This document shows, piece by piece, positions 47,308 to 58,547 of a DNA stretch of 64,000 nt (the first letter of the stretch is position 1; the number at the start of each line of letters is the position of its first letter). The notes below the pieces were generated by a model. It saw nothing but the letters and a program-made list of their open reading frames with translations. It was not told the DNA's origin and ran no database searches. A program made the translations under genes and the position numbers. The DNA comes from Rhynchopus sp. YZ270_cl-10 (Eukaryota), in the NCBI GenBank assembly GCA_964035575.1, contig OZ037847.1, positions 1,426,001 to 1,490,000 on the forward strand, written 5' to 3'.

Positions 47308-49119
47308 ATGTCAGAGACAAGCTCAGATGACTACAGCGAAGCCCTTTGTGGGTCGCCCCCTTCGGAAGGCCATCCGAACCCTCCCGCACAACACACCCCT
47401 CTGCAGTCCTCTTCTCGCGGCTCTGCGTCTACGGCGTCCTCTCTAGCGCGGGATAGTGTAAGCGACACAGTAAGCACGCCTGAACCTATTATACAACCCA
47501 CCCTCCGAGCGGAAGGCCCGCCGGGAAGCACGGCGGAGTTTTCAAAACTTCTGGGAAAGGCGAAGCAGGCGTGGGGCGACAACAAAATACCCCCCAACAA
47601 CACCACCACCACCACGACCACACTACCAGAAAACGAAGCAAAACGCATCATCCAACGTGCACGCTGTGCGGAAGCAATTCCTAGCGCACCCGAACTCGAG
47701 CTTGCAACAGGATATGGTGCAAAAATATATGGAGAACTTCTCCAAGAGAAACGCGAAGTACACCGTTTGAAGGAGGAAAAGGACCGTCTCTTCGGAGCAG
47801 GCAGGCGGGCAGAAAGAGAACTACAGCTGGAGGAGCGTAAGGTTCGGGTTCTCTTAGACGCGCAGGGCTGTGAGGAAGGGAGTCGCAAGGTGCCGAAGGC
47901 TGCGAGAATGCGGGTACGTTCCGCATGCGCTGCGCTCGGTGTCAGCGAAGAAGCACGACGCACCGCCTGCAGAGACCGCCTCTCCAACATCATGAGGGAT
48001 CTCAAAGCCACCGCCGAAGCAACAAAATCAATCAAATCAAAGCGACAATATGCGCACTACGAAAAGCTCCAAGAAACCGCAGCCTCCCTAGACCGCGAAA
48101 AGACCGAACTCCGTGCACGCCTTGAACAGAAAACCCGCACCGAGACTGCAGAGGCCAACCGCATCGAAACCCACTCCCTCCTCCAACGCGCCCACGAAAC
48201 AGAAGTCGTCACCGACTCCCTCAAAAAGGAGGCACGCCAGGTTCAAGAAGTGGTCCGCCAACTACAAGCCGACGTCGTCCGCGGCCGCCAACGTGCCGAA
48301 TCTCAACGAGAATGCCAAGACCGCCTTGCTGCTAAGGTATCCGAAACACGACACCTCTTTGAAGCCAAGCGGGGCGGGCTTCCCGAAATGGAGGCTCGGT
48401 TGAAACATCGTCTTGAAGAACTCTCTGTACACACTATGCAGCAATGCCGTACGTTGGAAAGGGTCAAGCAGGAATGCGACGAGCACATTGAACAGCAACG
48501 CGCGCTGCTGCTACGACGCAGTGGGTTGGCAGAAAAACTCCGCTCCGAATATGCCGACGGAGAGACCGAACTGCAGCAACAACAACACAAGGTCGACGAC
48601 GCACGCAAAGCACTACAAGGCGAAGCGCGCACCGACGACGACACCATTGAGCAACGTATGCGCACCTCCCACCTCGGCGACGCTGTCGCACAACGCCAAG
48701 CCTGGCAAGACGAGAAGCTCCGCCTCCAACAGCACCTCGACGACATCCTCTCCGAAACCTCTGCCTGCAAGGAGAAGACGGACGACGACACAGAAGCCCA
48801 TCAACGCCGTCTCTCTTCCCTCCGAAGCGCAGCACAAAAACGCCAAGACGCGCTACTAACACAACTCCAAAAGCAAAGCGTCCCCGAAAGGCCCGCATCA
48901 TCACCCCCAGCGCCAAGAGACCCAATGGCACCACTAACAGAAGCGGTAGAAGGGGAGGAAGGGGGTGAAGGAGAGCTCAGAGGGCCAGTGTTCACAGCCC
49001 CCACCTCCCCCTCAGCCATGACCCTCCCGCAGCAGGCAGACTCAGAGGAGATTGCAATGCTGTCCTCTTCCATGACGGATGTGGAAGGGGAAGGGGGATC
49101 GCAGACATCCCCTACTTGA
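47308..49119 (+). CDS. Hypothetical long coiled-coil protein
   Basis: 603-aa ORF with E/Q/R-rich heptads and disordered ends. Confidence 0.8.
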   Translation: MSETSSDDYSEALCGSPPSEGHPNPPAQHTPLQSSSRGSASTASSLARDSVSDTVSTPEPIIQPTLRAEGPPGSTAEFSKLLGKAKQAWGDNKIPPNNTTTTTTTLPENEAKRIIQRARCAEAIPSAPELELATGYGAKIYGELLQEKREVHRLKEEKDRLFGAGRRAERELQLEERKVRVLLDAQGCEEGSRKVPKAARMRVRSACAALGVSEEARRTACRDRLSNIMRDLKATAEATKSIKSKRQYAHYEKLQETAASLDREKTELRARLEQKTRTETAEANRIETHSLLQRAHETEVVTDSLKKEARQVQEVVRQLQADVVRGRQRAESQRECQDRLAAKVSETRHLFEAKRGGLPEMEARLKHRLEELSVHTMQQCRTLERVKQECDEHIEQQRALLLRRSGLAEKLRSEYADGETELQQQQHKVDDARKALQGEARTDDDTIEQRMRTSHLGDAVAQRQAWQDEKLRLQQHLDDILSETSACKEKTDDDTEAHQRRLSSLRSAAQKRQDALLTQLQKQSVPERPASSPPAPRDPMAPLTEAVEGEEGGEGELRGPVFTAPTSPSAMTLPQQADSEEIAMLSSSMTDVEGEGGSQTSPT

Positions 49120-49478
49120 CATTTACATTTATGCACTTACACGTGTTTTTTTTTTGGTTTTTTATTCAGTCAGTTATTTTCTTAAAAGTTTTTTAAGATG
49201 AGGAAAAAGAAGAAACAAGAAAGCGCCCCAATATTATCATCTCTTTTGATGACTGAGGAGGGGCCCTGGTTGTACAAGATTGTTTCTGCTTTGGGAGAGC
49301 GGCCAAATCTTGTGCCCCAGGAAGGATTCATTTTTTCTTCTCCCTCTATCCGTTTTGTTCCCCTTCCCGCCAAGTTTGCAACAGGATTACACACCCATTG
49401 TCACATCCCTAAGAGGATAGGTTTAAATAACAGACGAGAACAACACCCTCATACGCACCCAAATAAAAGAAACAAACA

Positions 49479-50262
49479 ATGCACGAAAAACCCGGTGAGT
49501 CGCTTGTCAGCTATGAGAACCCAGGTTTGTATTACCCTCTCTCCACCCAGTGATCCCCCACCCCCCTCCTAGGTCCAGCTTACAAACCTTTCCCCCCCTT
49601 CAACAGTTTTGGTCTCCGAAGCGCACAAACGCAAAACCGCGAAGACCGCTGTCGCCAAAGCGACTGAGGACACACTCAACGCAATCATACCACCACGGCG
49701 ATGGAAGGAGGATGATTCGGAGTGGATTCAATATGTGTCTTCGACACCGGCGACGAGGATGGATGTCATCAACTTACAGGAAGCACTAGACGCCAAGCTC
49801 CAAGAGCACCATGCGCGCGAGATGGGCATATGCCCCGTACGCGAGCGTCTATACGCACAGACGTTTGACGAGCTGATCCGCGAGGTAACTGTGTCGTGTG
49901 CAGAGCGCGGTCTTCTTATGCTTCGTGTGCGTGATGAGATCCGCATGAATATGCAGTCCTTCAGCACCCTGTACGAATCCTCCGTCGCCTTCGGCATGCG
50001 CAAAGCCCTCCAAGCCGAGCAGCTTGGCGATGACATGGAAAACGAAATCGCGGAACTGAACTCCTCCAACACAGAGCTCCAACGCCAGGTAGAAGAATGC
50101 ACCGCAAAATGCGCCCTCGTCGAGCAACAAGAGATCGAACGCCGCGCCTCAGACTTCAAAGCCCACCAAGAGGAAATCGCGCAATTAAAAAAGGGAATCA
50201 ACAAGCTCACCCTCTCCCTCCAAGCCCTTCTCGGGCAAGGGGATTTGAAGGGGAAGAGGTAA
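49479..50262 (+). CDS. DNALI1: Axonemal inner-arm dynein light chain p28; exons 49479-49524, 49607-50262
   Basis: SLVSYENP|VLVS; LNAIIPPRRW; VSSTPATRMDVINL; GICPVRERLYAQTFDELIREVT; ERGLLMLRVRDE; AFGMRKALQAE. Confidence 0.95.
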
Positions 50263-50396
50263 TCTGTTTAATCGCTCTTTTACAAGAGTTTTGTAGGGAA
50301 CATAACTATAACTACTTTTTTCTTTTTTGTGTTAAAGTTTGACCCCCCGTCTTTGTTTTTATTCTCTGCTTTTCTCTCATATCCCCACCATCCAGA

Positions 50397-50852
50397 ATGG
50401 AACACACACCCTCCTTGCAAGACCTTCTTGGCAGCCTTCCGCGCCCGAAGTGGGGGAGCTATGACCTGATATGGTCGGGTGGTGGTGAGGAGCGCGCGGA
50501 GACGGTGGGGATGGATGTGGACGCTGCCGCAGCCATGTGGGGCGAGGTACCTGAGGGGCCTGCCAAGGCCTGGTACGAAGCACAGGGGTGGACCGTGCGT
50601 GGTGGGCGTATGTACGGATGTGACTTCACGCTGTACAGAGGGTCCCCTGAAGACTTCCACTCTGAGTACGCTGTGCTCGTCACGCAGAAGGCAGACCCAC
50701 CCTCCTGGGTGCGTATACACGGCCTAGTAAGGCTGGTTGAGGGCGTCCGGAAACACTTGCTTGTCTGTGTTGTGGATGACGCTGTGGAGCCTGTGAAAAT
50801 ATCGCATTTCTGCTTGTCGCGACAGATTCCAGGGAAGGAAGGAGGGGTGTGA
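50397..50852 (+). CDS. tRNA-splicing endonuclease catalytic subunit (SEN2/SEN34-like), very compact
   Basis: GWTVRGGRMYGCDFTLYRGSPEDFHSEYAVLV...RLVEGVRKHLL contains the Tyr-His-Lys triad of EndA/TSEN catalytic units. Confidence 0.85.
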   Translation: MEHTPSLQDLLGSLPRPKWGSYDLIWSGGGEERAETVGMDVDAAAAMWGEVPEGPAKAWYEAQGWTVRGGRMYGCDFTLYRGSPEDFHSEYAVLVTQKADPPSWVRIHGLVRLVEGVRKHLLVCVVDDAVEPVKISHFCLSRQIPGKEGGV

Positions 50853-50928
50853 GGGGTGAGGGGTGGGTTAGCCAAAGGTGAGGTGTGGTAGATGTTCTCA
50901 AAAAAAAGGATGTGGGGGGGGGGGGGGG

Positions 50929-52121
50929 TAGGGGGTACGACTCCAGCCATTTTTTGCGCACGGAAAATTCATTTGGCATTATCTGGCCATCTCCAAGGCA
51001 ACTGCGGGTGAAAAACACCCTCAGAGTGGGTCACAGGGGGCCTGTGGGTCGAAAAACGACCCAGAAGCCACCCCAGAATACAAAAAAATGGAAAAAAATA
51101 GTGAAAAAACGGCTTTTTTCACGTTTTGGCCACTTTGGGCAAAATAGCGATTTTTCGAGAAAAAAATCAAAAACCGGGATATTTTTTGACATCACAAAGC
51201 CTCCTTTGGCACAAATATACCCCAAAAGTGGCCTGTGAGTCCATTCCAACCTGTTTTGGACATATTTGACACTTTTGGAAGTGTTTTTTTTGGTGTTTTT
51301 AGGTCAAAAAAATGCCCAAGACGTCCCCAAGACATCCCCAAGACACTTTGCACACCCCCTGTTACGGTCATATTTTTTTCGTTTTTTTGCCTGAAACCCC
51401 CAAAATACCCCTCCCGGACCCCACATAGTCCCGAATATCCATCACACACCCACTCAGAGTGAGTAGAAGCACCCCAAAAAAAATATTTTTTAAAGCCCTT
51501 CAACTTCAACATGGATGCTGCCGAAACTGAAGCACAATTTTAGGGCTTTAAAAAATATTTTTTTTGGGGTGCTTCTACTCACTCTGAGTGGGTGTGTGAT
51601 GGATATTCGGGACTATGTGGGGTCCGGGAGGGGTATTTTGGGGGTTTCAGGCAAAAAAACGAAAAAAATATGACCGTAACAGGGGGTGTGCAAAGTGTCT
51701 TGGGGATGTCTTGGGGACGTCTTGGGCATTTTTTTGACCTAAAAGCACCAAAAAAACACTTCCAAAAGTGTCAAATATGTCCAAAACAGGTTGGAATGGA
51801 CTCACAGGCCACTTTTGGGGTATATTTGTGCCAAAGGAGGCTTTGTGATGTCAAAAAATATCCCGGTTTTTGATTTTTTTCTCGAAAAATCGCTATTTTG
51901 CCCAAAGTGGCCAAAACGTGAAAAAAGCCGTTTTTTCACTATTTTTTTCCATTTTTTTGTATTCTGGGGTGGCTTCTGGGTCGTTTTTCGACCCACAGGC
52001 CCCCTGTGACCCACTCTGAGGGTGTTTTTCACCCGCAGTTGCCTTGGAGATGGCCAGATAATGCCAAATGAATTTTCCGTGCGTTTGGTCCCAGCCAAAA
52101 TGGCTGGAGTCGTATCCCCTA
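50929..52121. mobile_element. Foldback element A: ~570-bp inverted arms with 42-bp spacer
   Basis: 50929-51499 is the near-perfect reverse complement of 51542-52121; ends TAGGGGGTACGACTCC / GGAGTCGTATCCCCTA; poly-G on both flanks. Confidence 0.92.
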
Positions 52122-52141
52122 GGGGGGGGGGGGGGGGGGGG

Positions 52142-52728
52142 TAGGGGGAGGCAAAAAGCCGTTTTTGAGTGAAATTTTTTGAGTTATGATACCACAGAGG
52201 CTCCAAACACGAAATCTCTGGCGAATATGGATTTTTTGGGGCTCAGGAGGGTGGTTTACCTGGTCACAGGCCTCCAAATGCGCCCAGAAACATGAAAAAT
52301 ATGAAAAATTGACTGGTTTTTCGGGGTTTTCGCACTTCGGGAAAGACGATTTTTTGACCTAAAAATGAGATTTTGGCCCCGAACAGAGCGTCTAGAGTGT
52401 GAAAAACAGATGTATTTGAAAAGATTCGATACTTTCGGGGTGATTTTGGGTATTTGTTCACTATCTGATGTCCGTTTTTTGATATTTTTTTCAAAAAAAA
52501 GGTAAAAAAACGCTGTTTTCCCAAAAGTGCGAAAAGTGCGAAAACCCCGAAAAACCAGTCAATTTTTCATATTTTTCATGTTTCTGGGCGCATTTGGAGG
52601 CCTGTGACCAGGTAAACCACCCTCCTGAGTCCCAAAAAATCCATATTCGCCAGAGATTTTGTGTTTCGAGCCTCTGTGAGCTCGGATTTCAATTTATTTC
52701 ACTAAAACCGCCTTTTTGCCTCCCCCTA
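52142..52728. mobile_element. Foldback element B: ~195-bp inverted arms
   Basis: Ends TAGGGGGAGGCAAAAAG / CTTTTTGCCTCCCCCTA; arms ~52142-52337 and ~52534-52728. Confidence 0.88.
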
Positions 52729-53566
52729 GGCATACTGTGCAGGCGAGCCGTTTTTAGGCGAGTTTTTCGTTTTCCTGATTTTCAGGAAAAACTCGCCAAA
52801 AACTCGCCCTACTCGCCCATTACTCGCCTATTACTCGCCAAAACTCGCCAAAAACTCGCCAAAACTCGCCTAAACTCGCCAAAAACTCGCCTAAACTCGC
52901 CCAAACTCGCCCACATTTGGGTGCAAATCCTGGTGCACATACGCACCTTGGGGGTGAAAATGTGCACCAGGATGTGAAAATGGAGGGCGGGGGTGACTGA
53001 TGACAACATGCCACTCGAAAACACACAAAAAAATTGAAATTGTGTCACTTGTACGTCTAAAGGCAACCATGTCACGGCAGTGGCTGACAGGCATGTATGT
53101 AAACATTTGCTCCAGGGGAAGATCCAAGCGTGCCATAGATCCCGGGGGACAAGACGTGCTACAATCCGGAGGATGACGAAGACATGAGCCGGGGCTACAC
53201 TCGCTATACAACAATGTCCTCGCCATGCCGGTAAATGGCAACCCTGCAGGCCACCCCTTGGCGGTATTCCACCACGACTACATCGCACCCATCTGTGCAA
53301 ACTTCATGGATCCGCAGAAGCTGGACTGGTGGTACTGGTTGTGGAAGCCTACAAAGCAAACTGTAGAGGTCTTGTTCAAGTGGAACGAAAAAATTTTTCT
53401 CTTCAAAACTCAAATTTCCCTCATATTTTCGTGTGTACACTTTTCCCAAGGTAAAATCCCTACCAAAAAAAAAAACTCGCCAAAACTCGCCCCCCAAAAA
53501 TGGGCGAGTTTTAGGCGAGTTTTTGGCGAGTAGGCGAGTTTTTTTTACTCGCCCGCACAGTATGCC
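52729..53566. mobile_element. Element C: GGCATAC-terminal TIR element flanked by TA
   Basis: GGCATACTGTGCAGGCGAG ... CTCGCCCGCACAGTATGCC; many subterminal ACTCGCC/GGCGAGT repeats. Confidence 0.88.
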
Positions 53567-53618
53567 TAGCCTAGGGGGGGGGGGGGGACTTTTTGTGATA
53601 TTTGGGGAAACATAAAAT

Positions 53619-56064
53619 ATGCACCACACACAAAACACAGAAAAGGCGGTACACAAAAAACCCCCCCGCCCCGCCCGTGCGCCCAACCCCAACCCTACCC
53701 CCAACCAGTACTTAACTTCGTGTTCAGAAGAGTTTCTTTTCGTGCAGGGCACCGTACAAGCCGTCGCAACGCTGGCGTACACGCAGATCCCGCAAGCAAC
53801 GCAGTACCCCATGTCCCAGCAGCCCCTGCCGCAGCAGGTGATACAAATGCCTCAGACCCAGCTGGTGGCCCAGCAGGTCATCCAGCAGCAACAGCAGCAG
53901 CAACAACAGCAACAGCAAATGCAGCAGCTCCAGCAGCAGCAGGTGCAGCAGCAGCTCCAACAGCAACTCCAGCAGCAGCAGCTCCAGCAACAGCACCAGG
54001 CCCAGCAGCAGCAACTCCAGCAACAGCAGCTCCAACAACAGCAGGCCCAGCTCCAGCAACAGCAGCAGCAGCAACTCCAGCAGCAACAGCTTCAACAACA
54101 GCAGATCCAACAGCAGCAGCTGATCATGACCCAGGCCCCGGCTGTGAACGTGCAGGCAAACCCTCCTCTGCAGTCCATGCCGATGCCGCAGCAACTCACA
54201 CCTGTGAACACAAGCCTTGTGCCCAACGTGCAGGTACCTGCTGCTGCAGTGTACCCCTCCCCCTCTCCTCTGCCAAGCCCCATGGCAGCACACATCCCTA
54301 TGCAGACACCACCGCAGCAGGTCATGGGTACACCACCCCCGATGCAGAGCCCTGGGCCTGGTGTCGTGCCGATGGCGCCGTTCACGATGCCGCCGCCTGT
54401 GCAGGTGAACGTGCAGGGGGGTGCGCAGAGTGCTGTGCAGGTGCTTGCACCGCAGACACCACCGCAGACGCTGATGGCGGATAAGCGGCCACGGCACCAC
54501 TCGAGCACCTCTGGTGTATCGTCCACAGGTTCGGTCATTGCGCCCAGCACCCCGTCGGAGGTATGCCTGAGGACACCCACCGACACGGAGGGGTCACGGA
54601 GCGGGCTCACATCGCCGCAGACACCACACGACGTGTCGCTGTCGCCGCAGCACCTGCGCCTCGCTGCACAGATCCCAGAGGAGGCGCCCTTCGACATTGA
54701 CGACGACGACATCGTCAACATGCCGCCGTCTTTGGTATGCGGCCAGTTTTTTTATACATACGTGCATTAGGCTACACTCATGCAATCTGTTCTCCTGAAT
54801 AGAAAGCTAAAATGTATTGCTTAGTATTCTACCCCCAACCCCAACCACCACCTCAGTCGCGCCCCTGCATCCACAACGACTGGGACGACGTGCGCACACG
54901 CAAGGGCAGCAAGATCCTCCGCTGCAGGAAGTGCCAGCGCAAGTGGAAGCTCCCTAGCTCGCACGTACCACGCTGCATGCAGTTCCTTCGTGGGAACTGC
55001 CATGGTATGTATTCCATCCCACTGTTAACTTTTTTTCGACGCACCACTACACAGACGACACCTGCCAGCAGCTCCACGTACACAAGAAGAAGTCTGGCCT
55101 GATGGAGCGTGTGGACCGCTTTGGCGACGTCGTTCTGCGTGCAACAGTGCCGCCCCGTCCACAGCAGCAGCGTGCTACGTCTGCCTCGGTCCTGAACACA
55201 CCTGCCAGCGACACGCTGTACGTCCCTTCGGTGTGCACAACGCCACCAGCATCTGCGGTGAACACCCCTGGGCTGCTGGGCCCGCTGCAGCCAGCGACAC
55301 CACCGCCCATTGCGCGCACGGTGCAGACACCTGCGTCGCCACACATCGAGACAGACCCGCTGTGCATCCCGCAGATGGTGCTCTCCCCGGTGGCCCGCAA
55401 CACCTCAGCGGACACCCTCCGGCAGAGCAGTCTGCTGAGCGAAAGCACGGCAACGCAGGGACCACCTCCGCTGGTAGGCGACCGGAGGCGGAGCGACATC
55501 AGCAGCATGGAGGGGAGCAGCTACAGTGTGGGGCACGACACGCTTGCGGACTCTTGGGCCGAGAGGCGGTCTAGCTCTAGGCGGGTCAGTGACATGAGTG
55601 CAGTGCGGACACAGTCGGAGATGGCGGACATGCTGCTGCAACTGGACAGACGTGCATCGGACATATCGATTGAGGTGGATGTCTCGCTTCTCGACGTCTC
55701 CTCCCCCAAGCGCGACGAGCTCGCCATGAGCCAGACCAGCTCCGCACGCATGGACATGATGAGCGCCTGCCCTTCCTCACCCTGCGGTGTTGGCCGCGTC
55801 GACTCCCGCAGCACACACACTGCGCTCTCCTCCTCCTCCATGGCCTCACCCGCCCACAACCACGCCAGAAGAACCAGCCTCGACGGCAAGCACAAAACCA
55901 CCACAGACGAGAACAACGGAGGCGTCTACGCCATCAACGATGAGGAGCTCAACGAAATGATGGCAAACGTCGAGAAAAACCACACAAGAAAGCTCCACGC
56001 CGAAATGATGAAACAACAAATGGCACAGTCCACTGACTCCAACCCAAACACAGCCAAGTGTTGA
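53619..56064 (+). CDS. Poly-Q/Pro-rich protein with CxH...CxxC module and CCCH finger; exons (53619 or 53811)-54734, 54857-55004, 55055-56064
   Basis: Long Q tract; spliced PCIHNDWDDVRTRKGSKILRCRKCQRKW...RCMQFLRGNCHDDTCQQLH (C-x7-C-x4-C-x3-H); start uncertain. Confidence 0.8.
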
Positions 56065-57225
56065 GAGGTAGCAGTCCCCGGTGATGTGTCCCCCTTCCCA
56101 ATCCCTGAGGCCAGTATTTTTTGAGTTCTTTAAACCTTAGCATTTCCTCCACCCTGTTCTCTTCCCTCTCTCCCTTGTTGCCTTTTTATTGTCGATTATT
56201 TATTTTGCTGATATTTAAAGCATTTTTGTGTGCAGTCCCACTTAAACAAATTACCAGTGTTCTGTACGCAACGGTGTCTTCTCGTGTACCGTTGACAAAT
56301 GAAATACCAACTTGGAGCTGATGAACAAAGGGAATCCAACTGGTAACTAAACCACAGCAAACCACATCTCTTTTAACTTGTATTGGGAGAAGTAGTCGCA
56401 CCACACTTATCTTGACGTGATTTAAAACAAAAGGGAACCCATCACCATCATTTATCTTTTACTTTCTCTCTCTCTCTTTTTTTTTTTTTTTTGAAAGATA
56501 GTTGAAGGTGGCCAGGCAGTTTTGCCCAATTTGCGTCGACTCTTCCTCAAAAGAAAAAAAAAACCCCCCCCCCCCCCCCATCCCTCTCCCCCACTCCCTT
56601 GGTGTGTCAACCGCCCCCTATTGCCTCCCATGTTTACATGGTTGTTTTTCTTTCTTTTCTTTTCTTTTCTTTGCCAAAAGTTCTCCGATTTTCTCGTCTT
56701 TAACTTATTTTTCTTCCCCCGCCTTCCTTTTTGTGACTGAAATACTCGGACTGAGAAGGTATATTTTGTGATCTTTTTCTGGTTTCCGCCCCCTGTTCCC
56801 CCTTTTTTCCCCTTTTTTTGAAGGGTATCACATTCCCGCGTCCATATTTCTTGACGTGAACCCCGTGAATTAAAACTGACAGACATTTCTGCAGGTTTTT
56901 CCCTGAGGTGGCTAAATTGGGCTTCCTCTTACAAACTTTGCTTTTCTTTTTGCAACTTTGCTTTTTTTCTTGGTTCCCCTCGTGTCAGAAGCTGCTATAG
57001 GATTTCTTTGCCCCCCCCCACCACCACCACCACCACCACCACACCTAACTCTCCCTCTCTGTGTTTTTTTTCTTCTCTTTGCGAGCCGTTTTGCTGTAAA
57101 TATTTGTCGCCACAAAAAAAAAAGGCGTGGAGTTCACACGAGAAAAAAGCGAGGTGTCTACACGTCACCAATTTTTCAATTTTTCAAAAAAAAAAAATAT
57201 CATTTTTTCCCTTCTTATGTATTTC

Positions 57226-57311
57226 CACCTGATTTTGCCTTGAGTTAAAAGTGGTTTTAAGACCACCGAAAACACCACCAAACTCCGCCAAATTTCAGGC
57301 AAAATCAGGTG
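57226..57311. mobile_element. Small CACCTG-terminal MITE-like inverted repeat
   Basis: CACCTGATTTTGCCT / AGGCAAAATCAGGTG; termini resemble the 25616 MITE; no clean TSD. Confidence 0.55.
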
Positions 57312-58295
57312 ATGTAAGAGGGGTTTTTTACTTATTTTTAAAGTCTTTGAGCTCGTACCTTCAATAATTCACTTTGACACCAAATTGGCGGCGCTTTTAA
57401 GGCCCGAAAAGTTTTGAAACCTTTCAGGCCGATTTTTTTTAATGTCATTTTTCATTTTTTCATTTTGTCGTTTTTCATTTTATTTTTAACATTTCACATT
57501 GAGTGACTCATTTATCCTTTTTTGTCAATTGCTGCAGTTACGCTGGTTATGGGTGAGCTAAATCGCGTAGAATTAACTCTGATATGCGAGTTCTGGCGAG
57601 TAAATTCGCGTTTTGTTTATTTCCTGTATTTTTGTATTTTTTTTTTTTTTTTGTATTTTCCCTTATCGTTCTCGACCTAACTTTCTTACGAACGAACATT
57701 TTTTTTTTCTCAGAAAATTGTTAACGATTCTTAAAGGATAAGCTCATCGCGAGTGGTCCCATGTTTTCTAGTTTGTTTTGCTTTTTAAGATAATATTTGA
57801 TACTTTATTTTGATGTGTGCGCACGAGAGGCACATTCATCTTAGTTTTATTTTAATTGTTCTGTACCTAACCTCCGCCAGGGATTATTTTTATTACACTT
57901 ACACGGAAAATGAGTCGTGTTTTTTTTTTTTTGGTGACCGAGCATTCATCATCAACTTTTCGTTTGCTTTTTAGTACCTACACGGTGGAGTCTACCCGGG
58001 GGGGAGTTACTCTTTGGGGGGGACTTAAAGGGGGACTCAAAGAGTCCCCCTAGGGGGACTATAGAGTCCCCCTAGGCATACATGGTAAGCGAACAAAAAA
58101 TTCGCTTTATTCGCTTTTGGTTCGCTTTTTTATTCGCTTTATTCGCCGGCGAATAAAGCGAATAAAGCGAACCAAAAGCGAACGAAAAAGCGAACAAAAA
58201 GCGAATAAAAAGCAACGTATTTTTTGTCAAGTCTAGTGTGTCGAGTCTAGTCCCCCGAGATCCCCCAATACCCGCAACGACGCCAAAATAAGGCT

Positions 58296-58538
58296 ACTGT
58301 ACTGTACTGTACTGTACTGTACTGTACTGTACTGTACTGTACTGTACTGTACTGTACTGTACTGTACTGTACTGTACTGTACTGTACTGTACTGTACTGT
58401 ACTGTACTGTACTGTACTGTACTGTACTGTACTGTACTGTACTGTACTGTACTGTACTGTACTGTACTGTACTGTACTGTACTGTACTGTACTGTACTGT
58501 ACTGTACTGTACTGTACTGTACTGTACTGTACTGTACT
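58296..58538. repeat. (ACTGT)48 perfect tandem repeat
   Basis: Read directly from the sequence. Confidence 0.98.
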
Positions 58539-58547
58539 CCCAATCCC

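Noticed and set aside
50929..52121. Palindrome as a pure assembly or amplification artefact
   Set aside because: The arms differ by small indels and substitutions, there is a 42-bp spacer, and the termini resemble neighbouring element B. Long reads would still be the final test.
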